This document shows positions 13,262 through 27,539 of a stretch of DNA of 64,000 nt, piece by piece. This stretch comes from Octopus sinensis (taxonomy: Eukaryota): the NCBI RefSeq assembly GCF_006345805.1, contig NW_021834364.1:13181-77180 (forward strand). Reading direction: 5' to 3'. Under the pieces are notes generated by a model. It ran no database searches. It was not told where the DNA came from and saw only the letters and a program-made list of their open reading frames with translations. A program made the position numbers and the translations under genes. How positions within the stretch are numbered: the stretch's first letter is position 1; each line of letters starts with the position of its first letter.

Positions 13262-13829
13262 TGCGAGGGGTGTATGAAAAGTTTTGAGCCTTCAAGGACT
13301 TTGAACCTTGGGATCTTTTCGGTTTGAACGGCAGTTTTTTTCTAGCGGTGTCATATGAAATTGTCACCCATAATTATGACCCTAGAATCGATCTATTACA
13401 TTTCAATCTCTTTTAGTGTTAGGGTTAGTTAGGGTTAGAGGTGGGGGAAGGGTATCTTTTTTTTCTTCAGAAATGTAAATAAACCCAATCTGTTTCTTAA
13501 ACGAGGGACATATTCATACGGCACAAAATGCCTTTTACCTCAATGGACGTCATCGATTGGTTGAAATTGCAGAAATTGAAGAAAAAAAAAAACAAGAAAT
13601 ATCTTACAAACTATAGAATTTTCTCAATAAAGCCAAGAGAAAAAGATGTTCTATAAACACATTCTACCAGTATACGAAGTTTAAAATTTTTTAGTTACCT
13701 AGAAATTATGTTAAAAACTACCGTTCAAACCGAAAAGATCCGAACCTTGAAGTCTTGTACCTTCATCAGAAGTCTTGTACCATGTTTTTTTTTTTTTTGA
13801 GGCTCAAGACTTTTCATACACCCCTCGCA
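13262..13829. mobile_element. Mariner-type MITE interrupted by a younger MITE
   Basis: TIRs tgcgaggggtgtatgaaaagttttgagcct / aggctcaagacttttcatacacccctcgca. Confidence 0.8.
13311..13741. mobile_element. 431-bp MITE with GG-starting TIRs and 8-bp TSD (Merlin- or hAT-like)
   Basis: TIR ggatcttttcggtttgaacggcagtttt at both ends; TSD gaaccttg at 13303-13310 and 13742-13749; second copy at 41152-41569. Confidence 0.9.
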
Positions 13830-14214
13830 CATACATACACGCATACAGAAATATGTACACTCATTTGTACAAACATTGACTACATATACACACAATACAC
13901 AAGCGTACAATATGTTTACACATACACATACAAATATTCCCATACTACTGCATAACATACTCAAAAGTTTACGTCAGTGTAGTCTGATATAAAAATGAAT
14001 TTCCGAAGACTTTAAAACATACAGAAATTAGCAAATAAATATATAGAAAGATAAATAAATAAGAACTGGAGGCGTAAGAGGAGAGCATGTTGTCATATGT
14101 TTTGCAAGAGAAATTGTATTTTTCTATGTCAAGTTGCCAACCTATGTAGGTCAGTATCAAACCACCTCAGTGTATGCTATTTTACAAACAGCCTACACCT
14201 TTCTGCCATAATAG

Positions 14215-14375
<161 letters not shown>

Positions 14376-14384
14376 TCTAGGGCA

Positions 14385-14944
14385 CTAGGCATTGAAAATT
14401 TTGGGGCAATGGGGATAGTCGATTATATCAACCCCCGTGCATAACTGGTACTTATTTCATCGACCCGAAAGGATGACGGGCAAAGTCGACTTCGGCCGAA
14501 TTTGAACTCAATAATAATAATAATAATAATAATAATATAATAATAATAATAATAATAATAATACCTAGCTCGGATACCAGGAAATCCAAAAAGGCGAGAA
14601 ATTAAAAAAATAGTACTCCTACGTAAAATGTTGTATATGTAAATTCAAAAATATTTTAATCCGTAAACAGTGTCAAAATACTTTTAGGTGCTTGCTTTTA
14701 GATTGCAGCAAACACCTTTCACTGTAATCTTAACATCAAACTATCATTTCATAACCAAATTTCTTTTAATTACAAACTTCTGATTAACTTATATTTTGAC
14801 AGACATTCTCTAGAACAATACTCCGTGCAAAACCAAATATATGACACTCTAGTCATAACACCAAGTTGAACTTCTAACTTGTCTCTTGAGGTCTCTTGGT
14901 GAAACTTGGAGTCAACTTGTACAAACACAAAGTACCAGCCAAAC

Positions 14945-14978
<34 letters not shown>

Positions 14979-15195
14979 TCTTTCTACTATAGGCACAAGG
15001 TCTGAAGTTTGTGGGGAGGGGACTAGTTGATTACATCGACCCCCAGTATTTCACTTGCACTTCGTTTATCGACCTCGAAAGAGTGACAGGCAATGTCGAC
15101 CTCGGCGGAACTTGATCTCAGAACGATTTTAAGACGGACGAAATGCCGCCAAGCATTTCGCCAGGCGTGCTAACAATTATGCCAGCTCACCCCCT
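14385..15195 (-). mobile_element. Two SINE family C copies (~14385-14510 and ~14980-15195)
   Basis: Minus-strand motif gactagttgattacatcgacccc...aaggatga.aggcaaagtcgac.tcggc.gaatttgaactc. Confidence 0.8.
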
Positions 15196-15196
15196 A

Positions 15197-15256
<60 letters not shown>

Positions 15257-18121
15257 TAAAAATAATAATAATAATAACTCTTTCTTCTGTTGGCCTGCCC
15301 GCTTAGCCAGCGAGGTGGCGTCATTTGAGGGCTAAAACAATGCGAAGCACATTGTGACCAGCGATGTGTAGCAACATCTGATAGCCTGGTCGGTGACGGT
15401 GACGGTGACATAGATCTACACATGTTTCAACAGCACCGATTAGTAACCGTTGCAATTGCAACTCTATTATAATAGAGAGAGGGTGGAGAGAGAGAGAGAC
15501 AGAGGGTGACAGCTAAATAGCTAGATAGGTAGCTAGCTAGCTAGATAGATCGTTGTTATTGAGGAGATACGTGTAACACTCATTGCGGACGTCTATGTTT
15601 AATTTATCGTAAAATGAACAGTGGCATACAAACAGCAACCATGACACACACATTGTAATGAAAAACTATGTAAAACTGTATATCAAGTAGAGAGCTCTAA
15701 AGTAATATTGCCAAGAAGATTGATCTAACAGCTGTGGTGAGAGGGGTTGATAGGTAATTGTTGTTGAATGACTACAGTTAAAATGGTTGGGTAGTTTAGG
15801 ATGGCTAAAGAGTAAAACGGATATAACTAAAAACTTATTTTGATATATACTAGAAATGGTGTATAAGAAGTAAGTAGTTATGTTTATGATGTTTGTAAGT
15901 AGTTAAGGAGGGTACGCAGTTGTTTATGATTATATTAACAAGAATCGAGACGTATACAAAACTGTTCACTCTTTTTTTATATCTACGAACATGTTTTATA
16001 GACGCAATGCCTGCATTTGTCCGTAACACTCAGTGTTGGCTAACAAATTTATCGAATATTATAGCAACGAAATGAACCTCATGGGGGAAGACTTGCGTGT
16101 TCCAGTCACTCTGAGTGCAATACCGTCGGGAATCTAATATTCCAGTTAGAGCAACGTATGGTGGTAACGTCGAAGAAGAGAACTCAGACTGACCATGACT
16201 AATATTGTTCAAGACGAAGGAAGCACGTCTGGACAACAATGGCTGACTTGAATGACGTTTGTACTGGTGGAAGAAGATGACACCGGATGTTCTGTCTTAG
16301 AAGACCCCACTGAAGACTACAACTAAGTCAGCTGTAGAGTCCGTTGCAATCTCATCACCTAATACTACTTGTCTCATTTTACATGTTTCCTAGAAGAAAG
16401 ACCTGAAACGATTGCGAATAAATCACTTCCTGCAAGTTGAGAGTCACTGTAAACAAATACAAACCTACACTATTGACATTTCTTGTGGCTGGTATTTGCT
16501 TTGATAGAAAGAACATCAAATTCTTGTACACGAGAAACAGCCGACGAAGACGAGATCTTCAATAATATTTGTGAATGTTTAGATTTAAGATAAACTCAAT
16601 GAAAAAATAAAACAAAACTACATGGATTTATTGATAAGATTAGAAAATTAGAATGTTTACAAGAAATGTAATATGTAATGTTGGAAATATACTTTTGTCA
16701 CTGTGGATAACGTCAGAAGATTTTACTTAGATATAATAATTTTAATTTTACATGTTTCAAAATTTCGTGGTATTTACAAAAGATAACATGATTACTAGTT
16801 TTCATTATAAATTTATAATAAATATATGTTATAAATAATCATAATAGTATTTAACTATTAGATAATTACAATTGTAACATTATTACCTCCAGTGACGAAA
16901 GTTTGTTACCAACATTTCTTGTCATAGGACTGGGAACACTTTAGTTTCTGTAGACCCAAAGAAGATAAGTCCGATGAAAGCAGAGTTATCTCATTTTGTG
17001 TGACGTAACGTGACACCAACGTCTTTCATTATTTGTATTGATAGTGATTAAGTCACAAATATTGAATGATTAATCTTAAACGCAAATGGTCGAACTTTTA
17101 AGCTAGGACCGAAACTCAGAGAGGTTAAGTTGAAATTTATGCAGTACAATTGATCAAATTAGAAGACATATCATAAAAGGATGAAAAGGGAATTCATGAC
17201 TGAATAATTATTATTAGGGCTGAGTGAATTGATTAGAATTCATAGTGGCAAGCAATTCAGTACAACTATATTATGAATACGAAGGCTTGTCATATATGCA
17301 ATACAAGGAGTTGGAAAACATAGATTCCTTAAAATCAGTCCAGATATTAGTAAAAAATAGTTTCAACAAAAGGTTCTCAAAATCTTAAAAAGTACAGCAA
17401 TCGAGGGACATTTTACTTTCTTTATTAAGCTTGCGTTTGGAGTATCATTTGTATATATGCAGTTTAATTTTAGACAAATGCTTATAAATATGTGTATGCG
17501 AGCTTGTGTATGCGTACACACACACATCTTCCGTATTATATTAATTATTTCTGTCTCTAATCTACCACCTCATTTGTATATTGTTTTCCTCACCATTAGT
17601 TCTTGTTTCTTTGTCCTTTACCTCAGTGATCATTGATAGTCCCATTATCACTAGTGGAACCCGATTAGAAGCGCCATGGAATTCAAAGTTTTCGGAATTC
17701 CAATATGCACCGAAACTATGCTTGACTGTGGTCTCCATGGCTGATGAAAGGATTTCCATGCTTCTCTTTTGTCCTTTTCCGATAATTGTTCTCACGATCT
17801 ATTTCAATTTATCATTACTAGATTCGTAGCATACACAGCACCCACCGCGTGTACATATACATATACAAGGGCGCACAAATACACACACATATACAAACAC
17901 ATATATACATACACATATACACGCACACACACATGTGCAAGGTACTTCTCAGAATTCGAATAAAGAACTAAAGCTAGTCCAGCTTTCACTCCTTTTAGGT
18001 TTATATACAGTGTAAAAAAACAGGATGCTTATATCTGTCTATTAGTTATAGTGTTGGCTAAAATCGATTTGTCTTACTCTGTGGTATAGAACAGTAATAA
18101 TAAATTTTGTTAATGCATGAG

Positions 18122-18170
<49 letters not shown>

Positions 18171-18200
18171 TATACATACATACATACATACATATATATA

Positions 18201-18241
<41 letters not shown>

Positions 18242-18883
18242 AATTAATTTTGTATGTAACATAATTGATTAAGATCAATTTCTACCCTTATTATTTAATT
18301 TATTATATATATATATATATATAATATTATATATATATATATATATTCCATATGTAATACACCTGATGCCAGAAGTAACATAAAAAGGAATGAAGAAATG
18401 AAAGACTATTTTGCTGGCTATCACACTAGTAACTATTCTTTTTTTTCTTTGTTAAATGGAGCATGTGTACTATTATACAAAGTACTATACAAGCGCGTAT
18501 TTAATGGGAAACAGTTAAGCAACTATAATTAAAACTATAAATATCTATATTGGCTCTCGAAGTTATACGACAATAAAGTATTAGTATCTTTTCTGCTAAT
18601 AAAATATTAATAAAATAAAATAGATACGTTACTACTATCTACTTACTACAGTACCTAAGTGTAAAATATAAATATTTATTACAAGTTTAAAGTAGTCCCC
18701 AGCTCCTCTCACACCTCCTCCTTCCAACTCTCTCTTTCACTCTCTCTTCTCTCTCTCACTATCTTGCCGTACTCACGCATATTCACACACATTAAGTGTG
18801 TACATATATAGATACATATACTCAACACGCACATGCATACATACTCACAATACACGCGTACACACACATATACATACATACAC

Positions 18884-18975
<92 letters not shown>

Positions 18976-19499
18976 ATGTTCATGTATATTTGTATTTATG
19001 TATGTAGGAAGAAAGAGGTACCGGTATATATACATGTGTATATATAGTGTGTGTGTGTGTGTGTGCGCGCGTGTGTATGAAATATGTGAATATCAACTGA
19101 AATGAAGGACTCACTGGAAGTGTAGAGTCACGTGTTTTTATATGGATTAACAGTAACCACATCATGCTGGAAGTCTGATAAGGCCAACTTCTGGCGAGAG
19201 TTCAAAGTCATCCTCAATGAAATGATTAAATATTACTCATATATACACACATAGACATATGTACCTATGTATAGAGAGAGATACCCACAAATACATACAT
19301 GTTCCCAAATATAATATATATGGGTATTTGTCTCCCCTTCGTAAATATATAAGGACACAGGAAATGTGTCAAGGCCGACAGGAAGCGTCGATGCTTCCTA
19401 GGGCTAAACAGCGGTGGTGTAACTCCCTTACAGGACTCACGTTAAGTTGACAGTATACAACCACTCTCTCTCTTTATATATATGCATATTGTGTGTTGT

Positions 19500-19546
<47 letters not shown>

Positions 19547-20635
19547 CATACATACATGCATACATACACACACACACACATACATGCACAATTTATAGCG
19601 AGAAGAAAGTTATAACATCAACATAAGAATCCTGTGTCTACCGCAAAGTCATGGCTGTCTTAACCTCTGCGCTAAAGTGACCTCTGATATATTCCAAAAA
19701 GGAAAGACATAGAAGATGATGTTAGTGTAAAAATAAGAAATATAGTAAATTTTAAAGGGCCAGATTACACATATCGAAATATAATGATACAGGATATGAT
19801 TTGAAGGAGAGTCGACCGCTCTTTCTGGTACATCGTGCAATCGCGTAACGGTTCCCTCGATATTAAATACATAAATATATAAAACGGGATGGTGAAGATT
19901 TGAATACGTTAGATCATAAATCTGCTGACTGGTGCCGAATTAGACGTAAACAACAGCAACAAACGACAGGTGGCACACACAGCTTATAAAAAGAACAACA
20001 CAGAAAGATAAAGCAGCAACAATAATCGTGGGAGAAAGAAAAATATATGAAATTAAAATAAATACCAGATGGAAATAATTAATGGGTACTTTAGATTCAA
20101 TCTCGATTGAGATTATTCAATTATCTAGGTTTTGGATTCTATGCTAATGTTAATATTTTTGGGTGACATTTTTCTTACTTTATATATTATATGTTGTCGT
20201 TGACCAGTGGCCTGGATATGACAATGGACATGATGTCCAGTATCACAACTGACAAATCCGGAATTGGCAGGGTATATTGGTAATATATTCTGGGACAATA
20301 CTTGCTTCACGGTTAACTGAAACGACGACAACAACAACAACAGCAGCAGCAATAAGAATTAGAGATGGGGAATGTGAATGTACCTCGTGGGGTAAAAGTT
20401 ACTTTCGAGAAATTAATTAAATTTGAGGATAGGGCAATTAAGTTCAATTCTACATTTAAGACACAACAATAAATTAAATAAATTAAAAGTAGCAGAGACA
20501 TGTCATATATTTTTTAGATATATCTTTGTATTATTTTAGGCTCAAAGCTTACGGAGTTTTGACTAGGACTCTCTTGATTGTAAATAAACAAACAACCAGC
20601 ATGGTTCTAGTAACAATAAAAATTGTGCTTTTCAA

Positions 20636-21500
20636 CTAAAAGGAAAAAAAACATATGGTCAGTTTGCAAAAGATGTGAACGTGAAGACAGATACAGAGGA
20701 CCGGTGGTTATGGATGAGGAGGAAAGACATAAAGATAGAAGCATAAGTATTCATATGCGCAGCTCAAGAACAAGCGTTAAGGACCAACTATGTGAAGTGC
20801 AGAATAGACAACACTACCGACAGCAGCAAATGCAGAATGTGTGGGGAGAGGGGTGAAACGGTATGGAACATCGTTAGCGAATGCCCGAAAGTGGCACAAT
20901 GCGAATATAAAAGACGCCGTGATAATGTGACAAGAATGATCCATTGGGAGCTCTGTGGAAAGCACGGCCTACAAAGAGCTAAGACGTGATATGAGAAAAC
21001 TGCAGGAGTCACTGAAAATGAGAATTACAAAATCCTGTGGGATGCAATGATCCAGTGCGATCACCTGACCAGACATCGGAAACTGGACATTGTTGTGGTG
21101 AAAAAAAAAGAAAGAACATGTACGATAATCGACATAGCATGCTCCGGTGACAACATGATCAATGTGAAAGAAGAAAAAAATAAACAACTATGACGATTTG
21201 AAGTGGGAAATACGAAGGTTGTGGTCAATGAGGAGAGTAGACGTGATACCAATAGTAATTGGTGCACTTGGAAGTATCAGCACTTAACTACCAACTTGGC
21301 TAAAAAGATTGGTGCAAGTGTGAAGGTAGAACACCTACAAAAATAATTATTGCTTGGAACTGCAAGAATTCTTCGCAGAGTTCTTGAAGCATGACCAGTA
21401 AACAAGTGTCCCCGTAGTCTGCTGGCTGTGGACAACTGATACTTTCCATTATACCCAGCAAAATAAGCTGTGAGTTTTCACATAATAATAAAAATAAATA
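20636..21500 (+). mobile_element. 5'-truncated R4/Dong-like non-LTR retrotransposon pseudogene (CCHC knuckle plus RLE endonuclease, 3' UTR, TAA tail)
   Basis: Reads GQF..WLWM...CAAQEQALRTNYVKCRID..SKCRMCGERGETVWNIVSEC...ILWD..IQCDH...KLDIVV...IIDIA...VIPIVIGALG...LLGTARILRRVLEA* (stop 21392-21394) with stops and frameshifts. Confidence 0.9.
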
Positions 21501-22142
21501 AATAAATCATTTAGCGTAAACCAATGAACATTTATAACATTTTATATATTCTTACCAGATTTTTTGGATGACACAGTAAGGAAGTGCTTTCCTCTTTCCC
21601 AATAATATATTTGGGCAATACATCGAATGGAAGTTTTACGATCCTTTAAAAAACGTGCAAAGACTAATAACTTTACTTAAACATTTATTACTTGTGGTCA
21701 AATTTTTCGGTGCACAAATTGCGACCTAGTCACTGACGTTGTTCCAGATGCAGTGGAGTCGCGTCAGTGACCGGGTCGCAGTTAGTGCGATTAAAATGTT
21801 GACACCAAATAATAGATACTTTTCAATGGCTAATACGTGTCACCCACGCTGTACTTGTTTATACGTTTCTACACACAATTTCAGTTTAAATCACTTATCG
21901 GGAAAATACACCACCGAAAAATTTTCAATTGATGGCACTTAAGAAAACAAAAAAAGCTTTATAAACTGTTACAATTTTTGCCCCTGTAAAAAATATAATG
22001 GTGAATAAAATTACTAGATATAATTAAAAATGAGGGGAGGAATAAAAAAATTGATGATTGCAAGGGATGGGGGGGGGGGGGAAGTGGCCGGAGACATTTT
22101 GAACTTCTGATCTACATGAATGTTAATAGTGACTGCACTCGT

Positions 22143-22429
22143 ACGTTTCCTGTTTGTCTATTCATAGAATGACAGACACTGTACATATGTCCTATTTGTC
22201 TATCCATAGGATAAAGACAGAGGTTGTATACATGCACAACTTGTTCACTCACAAGATGATGAGAACAGCACCGTCTCAACATTCTCTAACAAGATGAAGG
22301 GCGCTGTTGTCATCACTCTGTGAGAGGACAAGTTGTGCATGTTTACAATCTCGGCCTTTATCCTATGGATGGACAAATAGGACATGTGTGCAGTGACTGT
22401 CATTTTATCAATTGACAAACAGGAGACGT
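22143..22429. repeat. 287-bp imperfect fold-back element
   Basis: Arms acgtttcctgtttgtc... / ...gacaaacaggagacgt are reverse-complementary over ~135 bp at roughly 80% by eye. Confidence 0.85.
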
Positions 22430-22533
22430 TGAAAAAATGGTGGGATGGAATAAAAGTAAGAAGCTAGGGAAAAAAGAACCGAAATGAAAAAAAAAAGAAA
22501 AGAGAATAATAAAATAAAAATTATGAATAGTGT

Positions 22534-22840
22534 GGAGGCGCAATGGCTCAGTGTTTAGGGCAGCGGACTCGCGGTCGGAGGATCGCGGTTTCGATTCCCA
22601 GACTGGGCGTGTGTGTGTTTATTGAGCGAAAATACCTAAAGATCCACGATGCTCCGACAGGAGGTGGTGGCGACCTCTGTTGTACTCTTTCGCCCCAACT
22701 TTCTCGCACTCTTTCTTCCTGTTTCTTGTCCCCGACTTTCTATGCAACTGCTGAGCCTGGATGCGCATTCATCGGGGGCGGGGGTGACCTGCTTTCTCTT
22801 CTGCGGGTCTTACGAATAACAAAGGACCACGATGAATCGT
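22534..22840 (+). mobile_element. SINE family A head with a different 3' body
   Basis: Same head as 590; diverges after cttcctgtttct. Confidence 0.8.
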
Positions 22841-23314
22841 GAAAATACTAGCGTATTTAAGGAGTGAAGATGGCTTAATTGAAAGATGCGATCCGAAAGT
22901 CGTGATTGGTCAGTTTACACACTGGCGCGAAATAAGTAGAGAGACAGACCGCGCTAGATGCTAACCAATCAGATCAGTGGACACAACAGGGTTAAACTAG
23001 CCAAAGATGGCTGTAATTTCAAACGAGATCATTCCTAAAGTTTTTCTCAAACAGTGAGGATAGCAATATTGCTACACATACATAGACTATTGAGAGGTGC
23101 CAGAAAACTTTCGGTCCCTTCCGACGATAACAAGTAAATTATGAAATATATAGAAGAGCATTGATAAATCCTAACCACGCTGTTGTTTAAATTGTTGATG
23201 TAATTGTTCTGTAATGATTGTTGTCCTTATAGGGGTCGTTGTTATAACGTTGCTGTAGAGGTTACAATTGTTGTTGCTTCTACTGTTACGACGAACAAAA
23301 AATAATAGTAATTA

Positions 23315-23830
23315 ACCCCAGAAGCGTTTGAACTCAGAACGTTAAGATGGAAGAAAAACTGCTATGCATTTTGTCCGAGGCGGTAACGATTCTGCCAGCT
23401 CGCCGCTTTTATCTTTACAAATAATCCTTTCTGTTATAGGCATAAAGTCTGAAGCTGGGGTTGGGGGGATAGTCGATTACATCGACCCCTGTACACAAGA
23501 GGTACTTAATTTATCGGCCCCGAAAGGATGAAAGGCAAAGTCGACCTCGGCGGAATTTGAACTCAGAACATAGTGGCAGATGAAATACTCGGCGTGCTAA
23601 CGATTCTGCCAGTTCACCACCTTTATCTTTACAAATAATGGTTTCAAATTTTGGCACAAAGGGCAGCTATTTTAGGGGAGGTACTAAGTTGATTACAATG
23701 ATCGCAGGGCTCAAATTGTACTTATTTTATCGACCCCAACAGGTTGAAAGGCAAAGTGGACATCAGCGACATTTGAATTCAGAACAATAAGAGTCTGAAT
23801 AAATGTCGATAAGCATTTTGTACCGCGAGG
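23315..23830 (-). mobile_element. Cluster of three SINE family C copies
   Basis: Repeated atttgaactcagaac and ttctgccag motifs; the middle copy (~23430-23620) is near-complete. Confidence 0.8.
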
Positions 23831-24765
23831 AAACAAATCTGTCAACTTAACCTGTACATATAAGGTTTAATCAAAATATAGAGTATATCCTATTATTTTG
23901 AGCTTTTTGGGAACTAAACTATTTCACTACGATGCTTTTGAAGAAGATAGCAAACCTTCTGCATAGTTGTATAATAAATATAATACATAGTAGTATATGT
24001 ATATAATAAGTTTAATAGATATATTAAATCTCATTCATAAATTTATGTTCTTCACTGATATTCTCCCCTGTCAACATTTTTCTGTTAAGCCATGACAGTG
24101 GCAGGAAGTATCTTCGGTGAAAGGAAGTCTGTTCCAGTTCCGACCAGTTCTAATTACTGTTTCGTTTGTAATTGTTGTTTGTGTCGTCGTTGTCATTGTT
24201 GTTGTTTTTGTTGTTGTTGTCGTTATTGTTCTTACTGAAATCATTTCAATAGAATAACCTGAGATAGTGAGAAGTAATTAATAACATACAGTAATCTTAT
24301 TGTCTTGCCTCAATTCAACCCTGGTTTTAAAGAGAGAGAGAGAGATTGCGTTCACTAAACAGTTGCAGTTTATCATTTTATTGGTTTGCTCTGAAGGAAG
24401 GAAGACTAATCCAGGCCCTCAAACATCGTTGAGATAGTCGCAGTTAATGTTCTTCAATAGTTGCGATTTGACATCTGTTGGAAAAAACAGGCAATCGAGG
24501 GAGATTTACCTGCTATTTTGATGTTCAACCGCAGCTCAACTGCAATTCAGCAGATCTCTTATCAAAGGTATTATAACCTTGACCATCACGCCTAGTATAT
24601 CTCATTATACATTATCTAGATTGTCCTTTGTTTAAAGAGTGTTGCAGAATGTAGGGTTTTTTCTTCTGTTCGTCATCCTTTGTCCAGCTATTCATCCTTT
24701 AAACTCTTAGAAGCGCTTTTCAAACTTTCACCATTATCATCTGCAGTGTAAGAATTATGAAGCTA

Positions 24766-24818
<53 letters not shown>

Positions 24819-25504
24819 GAATCCAAGTTCAGCTGCAACTTCATCTACATATTCTTTCGCTCCAATAATAATAACAGATTGAAAGCTGAAATTGTGTCTT
24901 GGGCAATGGATTTCTAGATTAATAACCCACATATGTCATCTTTCGCATGCACTTTTCTTACCTCCTTCATATCAAACGGGCAGCGGAATTCCACGACAAA
25001 GCATGCTTATATTTTGTGGCCTCATACAGCAATATCAAGTTGGTTGGTTGGGTTTTAATTCGGTTGCACTTTTTATTTTTTGGTGCCACCAATATCATTT
25101 TGATTCATTGATTTAATTAAGGTCAATTTTATCTATTGTTATTCTGTATTTCTTTTCTTATTATATTCGAGATTACTCTGACTTCTATATCGTGCTCTAT
25201 AGAAAGGTACCTTTACAGAAAGGTACCTTTGTAGAAAGGTAGAGAAGATGCATCCACTCATGGTAATCAGGGAGTCACGCGGTACTCATTCTGGTAATCA
25301 AAAACAACAGGTTTCGTTTTAATTAGATCGTGTCTAAATTGAAACACTTGCGTAGCGAAGAAGACAACTACAAGTGTGTTCTTGTCTTATTAGACCTCCT
25401 CAACAAAGTGTAGACTTCATGGTACTTGGTGAAAGAGTGATGAGTAGTGAATAGTGAATAAATAGCATATTTAAATAAAATTAGTCGAGACAAGTTCATT
25501 CAGT

Positions 25505-25839
25505 GGAGGCGCAATGGCCCAGTGGTTAGGGCAGCGGGCCCGCAGTCGGAGGATCGCGGTTTCGATTCCCAGACCGGGCGTTGTGTGTATTTATTGAGTG
25601 AAAACAGCTAAAAGCTCCACGAGGCTCCGTCAGGGGTTGATGGCGACCCCTGTTTTATTCTTCCGCCTCACCTTTCTTTCACTCTTTCTTCCTGTTTCTA
25701 GAGTAATCCTGCGGTAATCCTGCGATAGACTGGCGTCCCGTCAAGCTGGGGGGGGGGGAGAAACATACGCCATAGAAACCGTGAAACCGGACCCATGAGC
25801 CTGGCTAGGCTTGGAAAAGGTGCATAAATAAATAAAAAA
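25505..25839 (+). mobile_element. SINE family A head with a V-domain-like body and (TAAA) tail
   Basis: Head as at 590; cctgcgatagactggcgtcccgtc at ~25719-25742 resembles the V-SINE central domain. Confidence 0.75.
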
Positions 25840-26029
25840 GTTTATTCGAGACGCCCTCATCATGAAAAATGAAAGTTAATTTGGTGTGTGTATGTTTGTG
25901 CGTCGATGTCAAGTATGCATGTAATATGATACAACTGTGCCTGTCTATAAACTTATTTACCTTTTACATATATGCATAAAAATATGCATACGCATATACA
26001 TATTCGCAAGTATATACACATAAATATAT

Positions 26030-26241
26030 ATTATATATACAAATAGATATATACATACATGTATGCAGCAGGTACAAACACGTATGTATATGCACATATG
26101 AAAAAAGACGTATTACAGATATATGTGCTTATATGTAAACATATGTCTAAATCAACCAAACCATCTATGCATTCATACATGCATGCACACACATATATGT
26201 ACGTATGTATGTATTGTATGCTTGTACGTATGCATATATGC

Positions 26242-26289
<48 letters not shown>

Positions 26290-26315
26290 TTATATATATA
26301 CATACATATATGTGC

Positions 26316-26396
<81 letters not shown>

Positions 26397-26666
26397 CATG
26401 GGAGCATGCTCACACACACATTCACACACATACACACATACACAAGTATATATTACACATACGCCCATATGCACATACACACGTTATCTTTACTTGCATC
26501 ACCATATCTCTCTCTTTCTCTCTCCCTATGTATATATACAAGGAATCTTGCTATAGGTCTTCTCTTTGTGTATATATCTATATGCACTTATATATATATA
26601 TATATGAGTCCTTAATACTGTATGTGTGTGTATATATATGTATATATTGTATATATATATATATAT

Positions 26667-26707
<41 letters not shown>

Positions 26708-26896
26708 GTGTGTGTTATGTGTATATGTATGTATGTATATATATATATATATATATATGTATATTTATGTGTGTATAGATAGATAGAAAGATAGAGAAAT
26801 TTACTGACATATTTATATGCATATACATGTAATTTGTATGTATATATGTATATATACACACATCAAATATATATATTTATATTATGCATATATATG

Positions 26897-26940
<44 letters not shown>

Positions 26941-27144
26941 ATATATAATACATAATATACATAATATATATACATACATGAATCCTTAATATTTTATGTG
27001 TGTGTATGTACATATATACGTAACATTTATATGTATATGCATATAAATATGTCAGAAAATGTCTCTATCTATCTATACACACACATAAATATACATACAT
27101 ATATATATATATATACATACACATGCATATACACACATCACAAC

Positions 27145-27216
<72 letters not shown>

Positions 27217-27303
27217 CACACACATATAGAGAGATATACGTACATATAAACGTGTTTGTATTATATATTTATATATACATACATATATATGTATATATAT
27301 ATT

Positions 27304-27334
<31 letters not shown>

Positions 27335-27499
27335 CACATATACATATGTATATATATACCTAATGTAAAATTTTACAACATAGTTTTTAATGACGCAAAA
27401 ATATTACAATAATATAATGGAAATTATAGAAATAGAAGTAATAAGGTATTGTTTCAAGATAACAGGATACGTGCGTATGTGTGGATAAGTGTCCGTGTG

Positions 27500-27539
<40 letters not shown>

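Noticed and set aside
19155-19260. Protein-like frame CWKSDKANFWREFKVILNEMIKYY
   Set aside because: Short, with no donor; only superficial similarity to kinase C-termini
20218-20283. MTMDMMSSITTDKSGIGR|gtatat as a first-exon candidate
   Set aside because: The donor is phase 0, incompatible with the phase-2 acceptor at 49293, and weak
24500-24553. MFNRSSTAIQQISYQR|gtatta first-exon candidate (correct phase)
   Set aside because: Donor is much weaker than all others in the gene; no independent support
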